This document shows positions 63,436 through 64,000 of a stretch of DNA of 64,000 nucleotides, piece by piece. The notes under the pieces were generated by a model. The model was not told the DNA's origin, made no database searches, and was given only the letters and a program-made list of their open reading frames with translations. Positions within the stretch are counted from its first letter, which is position 1; each line of letters begins with the position of its first letter. The stretch lies in the NCBI GenBank assembly GCA_948616985.1, contig CAPGDO010000002.1:5965-69964 (forward strand), in the 5' to 3' direction. The translations under genes were made by a program, and so were the position numbers. This stretch comes from an uncultured Eggerthellaceae bacterium (GTDB lineage: Bacteria; Actinomycetota; Coriobacteriia; Coriobacteriales; Eggerthellaceae).

Positions 63436-64000
63436 ATGGACGAGAAGCAAGAGCAGACTGCGAAACCGAAGCACCCCATCATCAGTGCTTACAACAAGGT
63501 GAGCCTCATCAAGAAGATCATCGTGGGCTTGGTGATCGGCGTGATCCTGGCCCTGGTCATCCCCCAGGATGGCCCTGAGTGGGCACTGGGCATCGGCGAG
63601 GTCATATCATTGCTGGGTACGCTCTTCGTCTCCGCTCTGCGCGCCGTGGCTCCCATCCTGGTATTCTTCCTGGTCATCAGCGCTCTCATGAATGCGAAGG
63701 CCGCAGGCAGCATGAAGACGGTCATCGTGCTATACATCCTGAGCACCTTGATCGCCGCTCTGGTAGCCGTTATCGCCAGCTTCCTCTTCCCCATAGATCT
63801 GACGCTGGCCGTAGCCGACGATGTGACCCAGGAATCCCCTTCCGGGATCGGTGAGGTGCTCTCGGCCATCGTGATGAACATCGTGGCGAATCCGGTGGAT
63901 GCGCTCATGAACGCTAACTTCATCGGCATCCTCACCTGGGCCATCGTGCTGGGCATCGCCCTTCGCAGGTCCTCTGACAACGTGAAGGATGTGTTCACCT
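63436..64000 (+). CDS. sstT: Serine/threonine transporter SstT-like (DAACS family), N-terminal part, runs off the window end
   Basis: Absent from the ORF track (open-ended). My translation from ATG 63436 (GAGGA upstream) gives MDEKQEQTAKPKHPIISAYNKVSLIKKIIVGLVIGVILALVIP...LRAVAPILVFFLVISALMNA...NFIGILTWAIVLGIALR, typical of SstT-type sodium symporters. The antisense ORF 63489..63998 in the track is its shadow. Confidence 0.75.
   Translation, partial: MDEKQEQTAKPKHPIISAYNKVSLIKKIIVGLVIGVILALVIPQDGPEWALGIGEVISLLGTLFVSALRAVAPILVFFLVISALMNAKAAGSMKTVIVLYILSTLIAALVAVIASFLFPIDLTLAVADDVTQESPSGIGEVLSAIVMNIVANPVDALMNANFIGILTWAIVLGIALRRSSDNVKDVFT

Overview
GC-rich window (single 60-nt lines I counted by hand are about 60% GC). 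It is gene-dense, and most genes are on the minus strand. By inference only, the source is a high-GC Gram-positive chromosome, possibly Actinomycetota/Coriobacteriia-like. That guess rests on the rapZ-yvcK-whiA cluster, GGAGG-type ribosome binding sites (RBS) and a Cheo-type SOS box.

Content is overwhelmingly housekeeping:
- DNA repair and replication: uvrC, uvrA, dnaG, a dGTPase-like protein.
- The rimP-nusA-ylxR-infB-rbfA-nrnA-truB-ribF translation block.
- Other core genes: hppA, rnhA, serC-serA-leuA, ilvBN, punA, prmC-prfA, trxB/trxA, thrS, valS, clpX-clpP, tig, one tRNA-Leu(UAG) and a partial sstT.

I found no rRNA, CRISPR array, transposase, integrase or phage genes.

Accessory or unusual parts:
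1. A tightly coupled five-gene minus-strand operon at 42.4-47.5 kb. It encodes a VTC/CYTH tunnel-domain protein, a DUF4956 membrane protein, a Cthe_2159-type beta-helix lipoprotein, an OmpR-type regulator and a sensor kinase. This is my best candidate for an undescribed system: a bacterial analogue of the eukaryotic VTC polyphosphate polymerase/translocase with a surface polyanion-binding partner.
2. A PaaK-like adenylate-forming ligase translationally coupled to a LysR effector-binding domain that lacks the HTH domain.
3. A GMP synthase gene that has only the ATP-pyrophosphatase half.
4. An AT-richer two-gene islet (GNAT plus ABM-like protein) next to guaA.
5. Several regulatory-looking structures: a leader terminator before rimP, an SOS box before uvrA and an inverted repeat before clpP.

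All protein family calls come from motif recognition by eye. No database search was run.
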